Origin: an uncultured Collinsella sp.
GTDB taxonomy: Bacteria; Actinomycetota; Coriobacteriia; Coriobacteriales; Coriobacteriaceae
Length of the DNA: 47,907 bases
Assembly (NCBI GenBank): GCA_900549245.1
Contig: URNQ01000001.1
Coordinates: 1-47,907, forward strand
Reading direction: 5' to 3'
The position numbers were made by a program, and so were the translations under genes. A model generated the notes under the pieces. The model did no database searches and was not told where the DNA came from. It was given only the letters and a program-made list of their open reading frames with translations. Of this stretch, positions 1 through 15,213 are shown piece after piece. The first letter of the stretch is position 1. Each line of letters starts with the position of its first letter.

Positions 1-353
1 TTCGGCGGATTGGCCGTTGGCTAAGGGTGGTGCTTGGGGCGACGTGCAAAAAACGGAGTTTTCAGCAGCCAAAGATTGATGCATAAGGCCATAGCCGGCT
101 TTCGCTACCTTTGTTGATGCTTTTGCACGACAATTGGGCCTTGGCGATGCCCGTATATGGCTGGTTTCTCGCCGCATGCTATCCAGATGGGACGAGTCAT
201 GAGGACTATCTACCTTTTGAAAGACTTTTGACACCAAAATCTTATCCCGCGATACTGAATACTCGCAAAAATGCACGCTCCGGAGGGTACTACCCTGGTA
301 CGGTTTGAAATCCATGCACCATTTTATGCAATTAATTAACGCATTTATGCAAA

Positions 354-471
354 ATGGCTTACGTGCGTACATCTCGGGGTAGATGTTTGCCTCGGCGCTG
401 CGTAAGTCATCCTGTCTATTGTGTCTTTTACAGGCGGTTGCGGTCCCGTTTGGGATCGCGGCCGTTTTGTT
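354..471 (+). ncRNA. Candidate structured leader or small RNA upstream of larA, ending in a terminator-like hairpin
   Basis: Three consecutive stems at 354-410, 411-434 and 434-465, followed by TTTGTT. Mismatches are G-U pairs only on the + strand. Confidence 0.35.
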
Positions 472-590
472 GTGGGTCAAATATGAACGTTATGTTAACG
501 ACTCGGTGGACGGTGGCGTTTTTCGGTGAGCGGCGTATCCTTCCAACGGTTTATCTAGTGTGTCAGTTGAAAGGAAGAGGGCGCTCGTCA

Positions 591-1868
591 TTGTTTGAAT
601 GTGAACTGCCGTTTGACCACAAGACGTTGCATCTGGAGCTCGAGGATAAGAACTTTGCAGGTGTGATGGAAGGTCATCAAAACGAGTTTAAGACCACGAA
701 ATCGCAGGAGGAGCTGGTGGAGGAGTCACTTGCCAACCCTTACGGCTCGCCTTCGCTCGAGGAGCTCTGTGCTGGCAAGAAGGATATCGTCATCATTAGC
801 TCCGATCATACGCGTCCCGTTCCCTCGCGTGTGACGATGCCTATTCTGCTGCATCACATCCATTCCGCTGCGCCCGAGGCTCGCGTGCGTATTTTGGTTG
901 CTACGGGTATGCACCGTCCGTCGACACACGAGGAACTCGTCAACAAGTATGGCGAGGAGATCGTTGCCAACGAGGAAATCGTTATGCACGTCGCGACTGA
1001 CGACAGCATGATGAAAAAGATCGGTACCCTGCCTTCTGGTGGCGAGTGCATCATCAACAAGATTGCCGCCGATTGCGATCTGCTGCTTGCAGAGGGCTTC
1101 ATTGAGCCGCACTTCTTTGCCGGTTTCTCTGGCAGCCGCAAGTCCGTGCTGCCCGGTATCGCCAGCTACAAGACCATCATGTACAACCACAACGGTCAGT
1201 TTGTGAACGATTCCCATTCGCGTGCCGGCAACCTGTGCCACAACCACGTGAGCGAGGATATGTTCGCCGCCGCCGAGATGGCCCACCTCGCCTTTGTGCT
1301 TAACGTGGTGCTCAACGGCAAGCACGAGGTCATCGGTTCTTTTGCCGGTGACATCCACAAGGCGCACGAGGCTGGCTGCGAGTTCGTGAAGAGCCTTGCC
1401 GGCGTTGAGCCCGTTGAGTGCGAGATTGCCATCACCACCAACGGCGGTTACCCGCTCGACCAGAACATCTATCAGGCCGTGAAGGGCATGTGCGCTGCCG
1501 AGGCCACGCTTCCCGAGGGCGGCGTGATCATTGATGTCGCCGGTTGTGCCGACGGTCACGGCGGCGAGGGCTTCTATCACAACATCGCCGACAACGACCC
1601 GGCGGAGTTTGAGCGCGCCTGCATCGACCGTCCTAAGGACGAGACCCTGCCCGATCAGTGGACGAGCCAGATCTTTGCCCGCATCCTGGCGCATCACCCT
1701 GTGATCATGGTCACCGACCTGTGCGATCACCAGATGATCAAGGATATGCACATGACGCCGGTCAACACCCTCGAGGAGGCGCTCAAGCTCGCCTTTGAGA
1801 TGAAGGGTGCCGATGCCAAGGTGGCCGTCATTCCCGATGGCCTGGGCGTTGTCGTCGCGCAGCACTAG
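591..1868 (+). CDS. larA: Nickel-pincer-dependent lactate racemase (LarA family)
   Basis: Motifs SDHTRP, ATGMHR, EPHFFAGFSGSRKSVLPG and GGYPLDQNIYQAVKG. TTG start at 591 follows an AAGGAAGAGG RBS. larB and larC are nearby. Confidence 0.92.
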   Translation: MFECELPFDHKTLHLELEDKNFAGVMEGHQNEFKTTKSQEELVEESLANPYGSPSLEELCAGKKDIVIISSDHTRPVPSRVTMPILLHHIHSAAPEARVRILVATGMHRPSTHEELVNKYGEEIVANEEIVMHVATDDSMMKKIGTLPSGGECIINKIAADCDLLLAEGFIEPHFFAGFSGSRKSVLPGIASYKTIMYNHNGQFVNDSHSRAGNLCHNHVSEDMFAAAEMAHLAFVLNVVLNGKHEVIGSFAGDIHKAHEAGCEFVKSLAGVEPVECEIAITTNGGYPLDQNIYQAVKGMCAAEATLPEGGVIIDVAGCADGHGGEGFYHNIADNDPAEFERACIDRPKDETLPDQWTSQIFARILAHHPVIMVTDLCDHQMIKDMHMTPVNTLEEALKLAFEMKGADAKVAVIPDGLGVVVAQH

Positions 1869-1917
1869 TGCGCGGCCTAAACGAATCGTTTGTAACCGAC
1901 AAGAAAGATAAGGTTTT

Positions 1918-2649
1918 ATGCTTACCAAACTCCTCTGTGAATTCGGCGCAACGGCCCTCATGATCATCTTTGGCGTGGGCGTGCACTGCGATACCGTGCT
2001 CAAGGGCACCAAGTATCAGGGCTCCGGCCACATGTTTGCCATCACCACCTGGTCTTTTGGCATCTCGGTCTGCCTGTTTGTCTTTGGCGGCGCCGTGTGC
2101 ATGAACCCCGCCATGGTGCTTGCCCAGTGCATCGTAGGCCTGGTGCCGTGGAGCAGCTGCATTCCCTTCATGATTGCCGATATGCTCGGCGGCTTTGCGG
2201 GCGCCGTGATCGCGTGGTTGATGTATGCCGATGAGTTCAAGGCTTCCGATGGCGTCGTCGACCCCATTGCCCAGCGCAACATCTTCTCGACCAACCCCAC
2301 CACCGAGGGTACGAACTACGCCCGTAACTTCTTCTGCGAGGCTATCTGCACCTTTGTGTTCATCAGCGCCATCCTCGCTGCCGCTAACCGCGCCGGCGAG
2401 AACGTTCTGATGCTCGCCATCTGCGTCGGCCTGATCGTTTGGGCCGTTGGCATGGGCATGGGCGGCATCACCGGCTTCGCCATGAACCAGGCTCGTGACC
2501 TTGGTCCTCGCATGGCCTATCAGGTGCTGCCGATCAAGAACAAGGCTGACAACAACTGGAAGTACGGCCTGCTTGTTCCTGGCATCGCTCCGTTTGTCGG
2601 TGCCATCGTGGCTGCGTTGTTTGTGCATGGTTTCTTGGGCATGTTCTAG
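1918..2649 (+). CDS. larD: MIP/aquaglyceroporin, probable lactic acid channel
   Basis: Hydrophobic 243 aa protein with MNPA and MNQARDLGPR motifs, directly downstream of larA. Confidence 0.8.
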   Translation: MLTKLLCEFGATALMIIFGVGVHCDTVLKGTKYQGSGHMFAITTWSFGISVCLFVFGGAVCMNPAMVLAQCIVGLVPWSSCIPFMIADMLGGFAGAVIAWLMYADEFKASDGVVDPIAQRNIFSTNPTTEGTNYARNFFCEAICTFVFISAILAAANRAGENVLMLAICVGLIVWAVGMGMGGITGFAMNQARDLGPRMAYQVLPIKNKADNNWKYGLLVPGIAPFVGAIVAALFVHGFLGMF

Positions 2650-2670
2650 TCCAAGGCTACATAGTTGTCC

Positions 2671-2795
2671 GCCGTCCGCATGGGGTAACTTCCCAGCGCG
2701 TCCTCGGACATGAAAGAACCCCCGCTGCGCACTTCGTGCGGCGGGGGTTCTTTCGTCCTGCGGAATGCGCTGGGAAGTTACCCCATGCGGACGGC
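2671..2795. repeat. Long nested palindrome with a terminator-like inner hairpin
   Basis: Perfect 29-bp arms GCCGTCCGCATGGGGTAACTTCCCAGCGC at 2671-2699 and 2767-2795 enclose the hairpin GAAAGAACCCCCGC...GCGGGGGTTCTTTC (2712-2754). Lies between convergent genes. Confidence 0.85.
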
Positions 2796-2955
2796 TGCGG
2801 GGTCTTTGCTGCGCTCGAGCAAGCAACCCAACATATGAATCTGAATTTGGATGGGAGGGGCTTGTTGCTGATAGGGGCGCTGGGCTGTTGTTGGCACTTT
2901 GGGATGCGTGGCGCCTTGGGGTGGGGCGGTGCTTTGGGATGAGAGGCTTACTTAC

Positions 2956-3495
2956 TTAGTTGAAGAGGGGCCTTATGGCTGACAAGTAGTCTTTGGCTAC
3001 GTCGGCTTTATCTGCTTGGAAGTTGTGCCAGGCCCACCATTGGACCATTCCTACGAAGCTTGAGGCTATGTGGTGTAGTAGGAAGCTTCGGTCCATGGTG
3101 GCGGCGGGGCCGTTTGGGTCGGTGGGGACGGTTTCGGCTGCTCGTGACATGATGGTCTTGCGTAAGCAGTCGGCGAAGACGCGTGAACCGGCGCCAGCTA
3201 CGAGGGCTCGTACGCCCTGGCGGCGCTCCCAGAGGTTGTTGAGGATATGCTCGACTTGTACGAGCGGATCATCGAGCGGTGTGCCATCGTCGTCGAGGGC
3301 GTGGGTGCAGATGTCGCTCACGAGCTCGGACAGTAGGTCGTCTTTGCTCTTAAAGAGACCGTAGAATGTCGCGCGGCCTACGTGAGCGCGTGCGATGATG
3401 TTGCCGACGGTGATCTTGCCGTAGTCTTCTTCGCGCAGGAGCTCGGAAAACGCCGCGACGATGGCGGCGCGGCTTTTTGCCTTGCGGGCATCCAT
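2956..3495 (-). CDS. TetR/AcrR family transcriptional regulator
   Basis: HTH in MDARKAKSRAAIVAAF...ITVGNIIARAHVGRATFY. ATG lies 2 bp after the larC stop. Confidence 0.9.
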   Translation of the reverse strand: MDARKAKSRAAIVAAFSELLREEDYGKITVGNIIARAHVGRATFYGLFKSKDDLLSELVSDICTHALDDDGTPLDDPLVQVEHILNNLWERRQGVRALVAGAGSRVFADCLRKTIMSRAAETVPTDPNGPAATMDRSFLLHHIASSFVGMVQWWAWHNFQADKADVAKDYLSAIRPLFN

Positions 3496-3497
3496 GG

Positions 3498-4415
3498 CTA
3501 TGCATCCACGTGAACGAGCAGGCAGCGGAGCGTGCCGGAGCAGCCCTCGTAAGGGCGCTTGCCGGCGCCGTAGCCGACGGCCTCGATGCAGTAACGGACC
3601 GGAAGGTGCTCGGACGTGCGTAGCGCGGCGACGATGGCGGCACCCGTGGGCGTCACGAGCTCGCCGGCGACCGGTGCCGGCGTGAGGGCGATATTGCCTG
3701 CCTGGCACAGGTTGACGACGGCGGGGACGGGAATGGGCATGAGACCGTGGGCACAGCGGATGGTACCGTGACCCTCAGAGAGCGACTCGACCACGATGTC
3801 CTCAATACCCAGGTCATCGAGGCAGATGGCGACAGAGCAGACGTCGACGATGGAGTCGACGGCGCCCACCTCGTGGAACATGACGGTCTCGGGCGTTTTG
3901 CCGTGGGCCTTGGCCTCGGCGGCGGCGAGCGCGGTAAAGATGGCGAGCGCGCGACGCTTGGCGCCATCGCTTAGCTGCGAGCCATCGATGATGGCGGTGA
4001 CGTCCGCCAAAGAACGGTGGTGATGGTGGTGGGCGTGATGGTGACCCTCGTGGCCATGACCGTGGGCCTCATGGTCATGCTCGTGGCAGTGCTCGTGTTC
4101 ATGCTCGCCATGATCATGATGGTGGTGCTCATGCTCGTGCGTGTGCTCGGCAGGCGCTTCGTTGCCGTAGAGCCAGGCCATGTCGTGGTCGTGGTTCTCG
4201 AGCTCCTCTGCCAGCTGAACGTCAAAGTCGCAGGCGTCGATGCCATGCTTGTTTGCGCGTGTAACGGCAATCTCAAAGCCGTCGACCGGCAGCGTGGCGA
4301 GCTGCTCGCGCAGATGCTTCTCGCTGGCGCCCAGGTCGAGCAGGGCCGCGACGGTCATATCGCCGCTGATGCCCGAGGTGCCGTCGATGATAAGCGTGTG
4401 GTGATGGTTGGACAT
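3498..4415 (-). CDS. larC: LarC nickel insertase, N-terminal (LarC1-like) portion with His-rich tract
   Basis: GISGDMTVAALLDLG, His-rich tract, FHEVGAVDSIVD, CAHGLMPIPVPA, GELVTPTGAAI. Ends just after GYGAGKR. Confidence 0.9.
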   Translation of the reverse strand: MSNHHHTLIIDGTSGISGDMTVAALLDLGASEKHLREQLATLPVDGFEIAVTRANKHGIDACDFDVQLAEELENHDHDMAWLYGNEAPAEHTHEHEHHHHDHGEHEHEHCHEHDHEAHGHGHEGHHHAHHHHHRSLADVTAIIDGSQLSDGAKRRALAIFTALAAAEAKAHGKTPETVMFHEVGAVDSIVDVCSVAICLDDLGIEDIVVESLSEGHGTIRCAHGLMPIPVPAVVNLCQAGNIALTPAPVAGELVTPTGAAIVAALRTSEHLPVRYCIEAVGYGAGKRPYEGCSGTLRCLLVHVDA

Positions 4416-4425
4416 GAAATGCTCC

Positions 4426-5208
4426 TTAGCGGGCGCAGGACGTGCCGGCGCTCAGATGATTGATAAGACTTGCCTGGTAGGCGGCACCAAAGCCGTTATC
4501 GATATTGACGACCGAAACGCCGCTGGCGCAGGAGTTGAGCATGGCGAGCAGCGCGGCAACGCCGCCAAAGTTCGCGCCATAGCCCACGCTGGTGGGGACG
4601 GCGATGACCGGACAGCTCACAAGGCCTCCGATGACGCTCGCCAGGGCGCCTTCCATGCCGGCGATGGCGATGACCACCTGCGCCTGGGCAAGTTCCTCAG
4701 CATGAGCGAGCAGGCGGTGCAGGCCGGCGACACCCACGTCGTAGAGGCGATCGACCTCGTTGCCGTAGAACTCGGCCGTCAACGCGGCTTCCTCGGCAAC
4801 GGGCAGGTCGCTCGTGCCGGCGCAGGCGACGACGATGCGTCCGTTGCCGTTGGGGGAGGGCTTGCCACCCACCAGGGCGAGCTGGGCGTCCGGGACATAT
4901 CCCAGGTCGATGCCGTTGCCGAGGAGCTCCGAGGTGCAGGCTGCCTTTTCGTCGTCCAGGCGCGTGACCAGGATGCGCTCCTGGCCGGCATCGAGTAATG
5001 CTTTGATAATGGCGGCAATTTGCTCGGCGGTTTTACCGGCACCGTAGACAACTTCGCCGGCTCCCTGGCGCACCCCGCGCGAAAGGTCGAGCTGCGCAAA
5101 GCCCAAATCGGCGGTCGGAGCCGTCTGGATGCGCGTGAGGGCGTCGGCAGGGGTGACTGCTCCGCCGGCAACATCGCTCAGCAATTGCTCAAGATCTCGC
5201 TTATCCAT
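4426..5208 (-). CDS. larB: NaAD carboxylase/hydrolase LarB (PurE-like)
   Basis: EVVYGAGKT, AGTSDLPVAEEA, DVGVAGLHRL, AGMEGAL, VPTSVGYG, NIDNGFGAA. Confidence 0.95.
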   Translation of the reverse strand: MDKRDLEQLLSDVAGGAVTPADALTRIQTAPTADLGFAQLDLSRGVRQGAGEVVYGAGKTAEQIAAIIKALLDAGQERILVTRLDDEKAACTSELLGNGIDLGYVPDAQLALVGGKPSPNGNGRIVVACAGTSDLPVAEEAALTAEFYGNEVDRLYDVGVAGLHRLLAHAEELAQAQVVIAIAGMEGALASVIGGLVSCPVIAVPTSVGYGANFGGVAALLAMLNSCASGVSVVNIDNGFGAAYQASLINHLSAGTSCAR

Positions 5209-5322
5209 ATATGTTCCCTTCGACGGCGCAAAGTCTAGCACTCAAAGGGTATGTTTCCGAACACTAGGACAAAATTGTTCGGAAACTATAGGACAGACTG
5301 AATCAATTGTTAGACGGATTGG

Positions 5323-5958
5323 CTAGTCGCGCAGGATGATGTCCATGGCGAGCATCAGATTGCGCTCGTCGATGGCAAACGGGGCGGCCTCGCGCGTCTT
5401 GGGCTTGGCACAAAACGCGATGCCCGTGCCCGCGGCCTGAATCATGGGGATGTCGTTGGCACCGTCGCCGATCGCGACGGTGTGGGCCATATCGACGCCG
5501 CACTCAACTGCCCAGTCCAGCAGCTGGATGAGCTTGGACTCCTTGGTCACAATGTCGGCAGCCAACTTACCGGTGAGCTTGCCGTCCACGACCTCCAGAC
5601 GATTGGCCAGGCAGAAGTCGATACCCGCGGCGGCTGCGATCCTGTCAGCGACCTCGTGGAAGCCGCCGCTTACCACGCCGACCTTCCAGCCCTTGCTGTG
5701 TGCCGAGCGCACAAGCTCCAGCGCGCCGGGGGTAAATGTCACGCGCTCAAAAGTGCGCTCGAACGCGCTCTCATCCAAGCCGGCAAGCAGCCCCACGCGC
5801 TCCTCGAGCGCTTGCTTAAAGTCCAGCTCGCCGCGCATGGCGCGTTCGGTGATCTGCGCCACCTGCTCGCCCACGCCTGCCTCCTCGCCCAACAGATCGA
5901 TGACCTCCTGGTTGATGAGCGTGGAGTCGATATCCATAACAATGAGGCGTGCAGTCAT
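5323..5958 (-). CDS. serB: Phosphoserine phosphatase (HAD family)
   Basis: MDIDSTL, ITERAMRGELDF, VSGGF, GDGAND. GGAAAGG RBS. Confidence 0.92.
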   Translation of the reverse strand: MTARLIVMDIDSTLINQEVIDLLGEEAGVGEQVAQITERAMRGELDFKQALEERVGLLAGLDESAFERTFERVTFTPGALELVRSAHSKGWKVGVVSGGFHEVADRIAAAAGIDFCLANRLEVVDGKLTGKLAADIVTKESKLIQLLDWAVECGVDMAHTVAIGDGANDIPMIQAAGTGIAFCAKPKTREAAPFAIDERNLMLAMDIILRD

Positions 5959-6214
5959 GACGGGCCTTTCCAAGTGCTGTTTTATTGGGGCATATTGTCG
6001 CACGTGACGAGCGCGGGCGGGTGCCGCGGTGCGTCAATTGTTTCGTCTCCGTCAAGTCTTTGGGCAGGAGCTACTTTTCCGCGGCACATCGACACAGGTG
6101 CGATAAGATAGAACGCCATGTCTGGCTGCGCGGTTTACGCAGGCTGGGCAAATCTGTACGACGCCGCCCGGAACGACACGGGGCGGCACAGATCCATAAA
6201 GGAGGATCACTGGT

Positions 6215-8002
<1,788 letters not shown>

Positions 8003-8025
8003 GCGAGCGGCTATATATTGCCCGC

Positions 8026-8061
8026 AACGAGGGAAGGACGCGTGCCTTCCCTCGTTTTTTT
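8026..8061 (+). terminator. Rho-independent terminator of aspS
   Basis: AACGAGGGAAGG-loop-CCTTCCCTCGTT followed by a T run. Confidence 0.85.
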
Positions 8062-8100
8062 GTGCGGGCGTTGCGAGGGCATAGGTTGACCGGACGTGGC

Positions 8101-8300
8101 GGAAAGTGCGTCCCGGAATCTGCGTCCAGAACGGGTCGCGCTTTCCCAAAGGGGGCCCTCTGGGAAAGCGCGACCCAGAATTCGGCAAAATAATGGGACA
8201 CAGTTTCCGGTTGAGCTGTCTAACGGAAACTGTGCCCCAGAATGAGCGCTCAAAACGGGACAGGCTTTCCGCAACAACTGTCTGGCGGAAAGCCCGACCC
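8101..8300. repeat. Tandem array of palindromic units with exact 62-bp period (3.5 units)
   Basis: GGAAA at 8101, 8163, 8225 and 8287; TTTCC at 8142, 8204 and 8266. Units have 14-bp arms, 16-nt loops and 18-nt linkers. Confidence 0.85.
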
Positions 8301-8306
8301 AGTTTC

Positions 8307-9323
8307 CTACAGCGAGTCTCTCTGAACGAGCTGCATGTGCATGACGGTGGTGGTTGGCTCGGCACCCTTGATCATGTCGAGCGCAATGTTGGCGGCCATG
8401 TGGCCTTCTTCGCGCAGGGGCTGACGGACGGTCGTGAGCGCGGGGACGCAGCGCGCCGCAATCTCGTGATCGTCGAAGCCGACGACAGAAACGTCCGCCG
8501 GAACGGATAGGCCTGCCTCGTTGAGTGCGGTGATGACGCCAGCCGCGATACGGTCCGATCCGCAGAGCACGCCATCGAAAGCAATCTTACGCGCGAGGAT
8601 CTGGCGCATGGCCTGATAGCCGTCTCCGCTGTTCCAGCCGGTATAGATAACGTTTGCGTCTGGGAGGCCTTCGCCCAAGACGGCGCGGTAGCCGCGCAGG
8701 CGGTCGACAACAGCGGGGTTGTCTTGCGGTCCCAACACGGCGACGATATCTTTGCGCCCGCGCTCTTTCATAGCGAGCGCTGCAAAGCGTCCGCCCTCTT
8801 CGTCGTCAGAGTAGACTGTCGAGAACACGTCGCGATAGGGGTGGCCCTCGAGCTGGCCGCACAACACGGTGGGTACGCCCAGCTCGCGCAGCACCTCGAG
8901 CAGCTCGCTGCCCTTGTAGGGGGAGACGTCGATCACGGCGTCGAACGAGCGGCGCTCAAAGTGCTCGCGTGCGCGGTTGCGCTCATGCGTAGAAGACGCC
9001 TGCAAGATAACGGGCAGATAGGACGACTCCGACAGTTCCTCGGTAATGCCGCTCAAAAACTCGCTATAGGTGGGGTCGCTGAAGAGCTCACTCAGGGGCT
9101 CGGTCACGAGCACGGCGATGATTTCCGTGCGCCCGACAGCGAGCGCTCGGCCACGAGCGTTGGGGACAAAATTGACTTTCTTGGCCGCCGCACGGACGCG
9201 CTTTTTGGTTTCCTCGCTAATGCGGGGCGAATCGTTGAGGGCGCGCGATGCCGTGGAGCGCGACACGCCGGCAGCTGCGGCAACCTCGGCAAGCGTAGGT
9301 GCGGTGCGAACTGGTTGGGTCAT
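8307..9323 (-). CDS. LacI family transcriptional regulator, divergent from the ebg-like operon
   Basis: TLAEVAAAAGVSRSTASRAL HTH; VPADVSVVGFDD, LTTVRQP. Confidence 0.95.
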   Translation of the reverse strand: MTQPVRTAPTLAEVAAAAGVSRSTASRALNDSPRISEETKKRVRAAAKKVNFVPNARGRALAVGRTEIIAVLVTEPLSELFSDPTYSEFLSGITEELSESSYLPVILQASSTHERNRAREHFERRSFDAVIDVSPYKGSELLEVLRELGVPTVLCGQLEGHPYRDVFSTVYSDDEEGGRFAALAMKERGRKDIVAVLGPQDNPAVVDRLRGYRAVLGEGLPDANVIYTGWNSGDGYQAMRQILARKIAFDGVLCGSDRIAAGVITALNEAGLSVPADVSVVGFDDHEIAARCVPALTTVRQPLREEGHMAANIALDMIKGAEPTTTVMHMQLVQRDSL

Positions 9324-9566
9324 GGCGTCTCCTGGAAAATGCGGTCGATGTTGTCACTGATACGGGCTGGTGCGGATACAGCTTACTATAGTGCACCTGA
9401 ACAGCGTTCATGATATCCGGTGACAGGTGTCGTTTTGCAACCAAGCCGCAATCGAATACGTCTCGTGTGGGTGAGATATCAGCGGGCGTGGCGGTTGCCT
9501 ACGAGCTTAAGAACGATGTTTTGCGCTGAGTTTCGATACTCAGGGTGACATAAGTGTCGCAGCTGT

Positions 9567-9667
9567 ACAACCGGTTGCACCGTTAATCCGACCAAATCGA
9601 CCGTTCAGCGGACAACCGGTTGCACAATTTTTTGCATCGCCCGTAAGATAAGGACAACCGGTTGCAC
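9567..9667 (+). promoter_or_regulatory. Three LacI-type operators overlapping the ebgA promoter
   Basis: ACAACCGGTTGCAC at 9567-9580, 9612-9625 and 9654-9667 (CG-centred palindrome). Putative promoter TTGCAC(9620)-18 nt-TAAGAT(9644). Confidence 0.8.
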
Positions 9668-9684
9668 AAGAATCACTACGATGA

Positions 9685-12708
<3,024 letters not shown>

Positions 12709-12711
12709 GTC

Positions 12712-13167
12712 ATGCATGTCTTTAACTCGCGCGCCGATTTCGACGCTCAGATGAAGTCCGTCAAGAAGTGGATGCGCACCGGCCAGGCGCTCGATGGCGT
12801 TGCCGACCTGCAGCACGACGTGGCGTACTCCATCGGCGACTCGTTGGTGTATTGGTGGGTGAACGCCCACGAGGCGGCTACTGCCGATCTGGTCGGTCAC
12901 CGTCGCTACCATGCCGTGCTCGCCCCGCTCGACGGCGACCTGACCGTCGAGGTTGCCCCCAAGGCAGACCTCACCTGCACCCGCGCTTACAGCGATATCG
13001 ATGATCGCGAGCGCTTTGAGGGTGCGGGGGAGACCGTGACGATTCCCGCCGGCGGCGTTGTCGTCGTCGAAATTGACGAGGCCTGCCGTGTCGTGGCCGA
13101 TGCCGCGGATTCCCGCGTCGTGGTACTGCACGTGACGGTTGAAGGTTATTCCTTCCCCAACAAGTAA
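12712..13167 (+). CDS. ebgC: EbgC-like beta subunit (YhcH/YjgK/YiaL family)
   Basis: VAYSIGDSL, GHRRY, YSDIDDRE and a C-terminal VTVE..F.NK. AGGAGG RBS, 3 bp after ebgA. Confidence 0.8.
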   Translation: MHVFNSRADFDAQMKSVKKWMRTGQALDGVADLQHDVAYSIGDSLVYWWVNAHEAATADLVGHRRYHAVLAPLDGDLTVEVAPKADLTCTRAYSDIDDRERFEGAGETVTIPAGGVVVVEIDEACRVVADAADSRVVVLHVTVEGYSFPNK

Positions 13168-13308
13168 TATTCGTCCGTTTGGGCGTTTGCTTAGCGCCGT
13201 TAAGGGGGATGGCTTTGTTGACTCCCTTTTCCCCATTCCCCTTAGCAGGTGCGCCGTCCACGATTGCGCTTGCAGTCCGGACGGTTTTAGATGAGATATA
13301 ACGGATGA

Positions 13309-14792
<1,484 letters not shown>

Positions 14793-14839
14793 CGGCTAGG
14801 ATTAATCTGCGGCTGTGGAATAAATCGATTCCCTTTCCT

Positions 14840-14870
14840 AAGGAGGGGCCTTACGAGGCCCCTCCTTTTG
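14840..14870 (+). terminator. Terminator of the ebg-like operon
   Basis: AAGGAGGGGCCT-TACG-AGGCCCCTCCTT followed by TTG. Confidence 0.85.
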
Positions 14871-14892
14871 TGTTTTGGGACATGGTTTTGGA

Positions 14893-15120
14893 CCCCGTGG
14901 TCAAAAAATGCCAAATATGAGTACTGTTGCAAAATAGGTGTCATATTTTTCGGCCCGTTCTGAGCGAAAATGGGCTCAAAATCAATTTATCTAACCCCCT
15001 TTAAAGGGCGTTTGACGGCTTTCAACCTCTTCGAATCGCTCAAAGTAGGCACTTTGCTCTCGATTTTTCTGCTACTAAATTGGTGACAGTACTCATATTT
15101 GCCACTTTTTGCCCACGAGG
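14893..15120. mobile_element. MITE-like non-coding element with imperfect terminal inverted repeats
   Basis: ~35-bp imperfect inverted repeats with perfect 16-bp core CAAATATGAGTACTGT at 14912-14927 and 15086-15101. AT-rich interior, no credible ORF. Confidence 0.5.
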
Positions 15121-15213
15121 TGTTCAGAGGAGCTCTCGACAAGCATCTAACGCTACAATAACTACCACGTGGCTGGGTTTGCCGGCCGAATGTGCGATGC
15201 CGCGGGAGGGGAC

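Noticed and set aside
354..590. 79-aa N-terminal extension of LarA in the ORF track
   Set aside because: It crosses a terminator-like hairpin. The RBS and LarA-like sequence begin at 591.
2482..2511. NQA instead of the second NPA in the MIP channel
   Set aside because: Second-motif variants are common in this channel group, so this is not evidence of novelty.
3496..3708. Programmed frameshift producing a LarC1-TetR fusion, by analogy with larC1/larC2
   Set aside because: The overlapping open frame is expected in GC-rich DNA, no slippery site is evident, and tetR has its own coupled ATG.
8101..8300. CRISPR array
   Set aside because: Repeats are not identical, the variable parts are only 16-18 nt, and no cas genes are in the window. 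Kept as a non-CRISPR hairpin array.
13194..13255. Stem-loop between ebgC and the permease
   Set aside because: Imperfect, with no T tail; probably an ordinary intercistronic structure.
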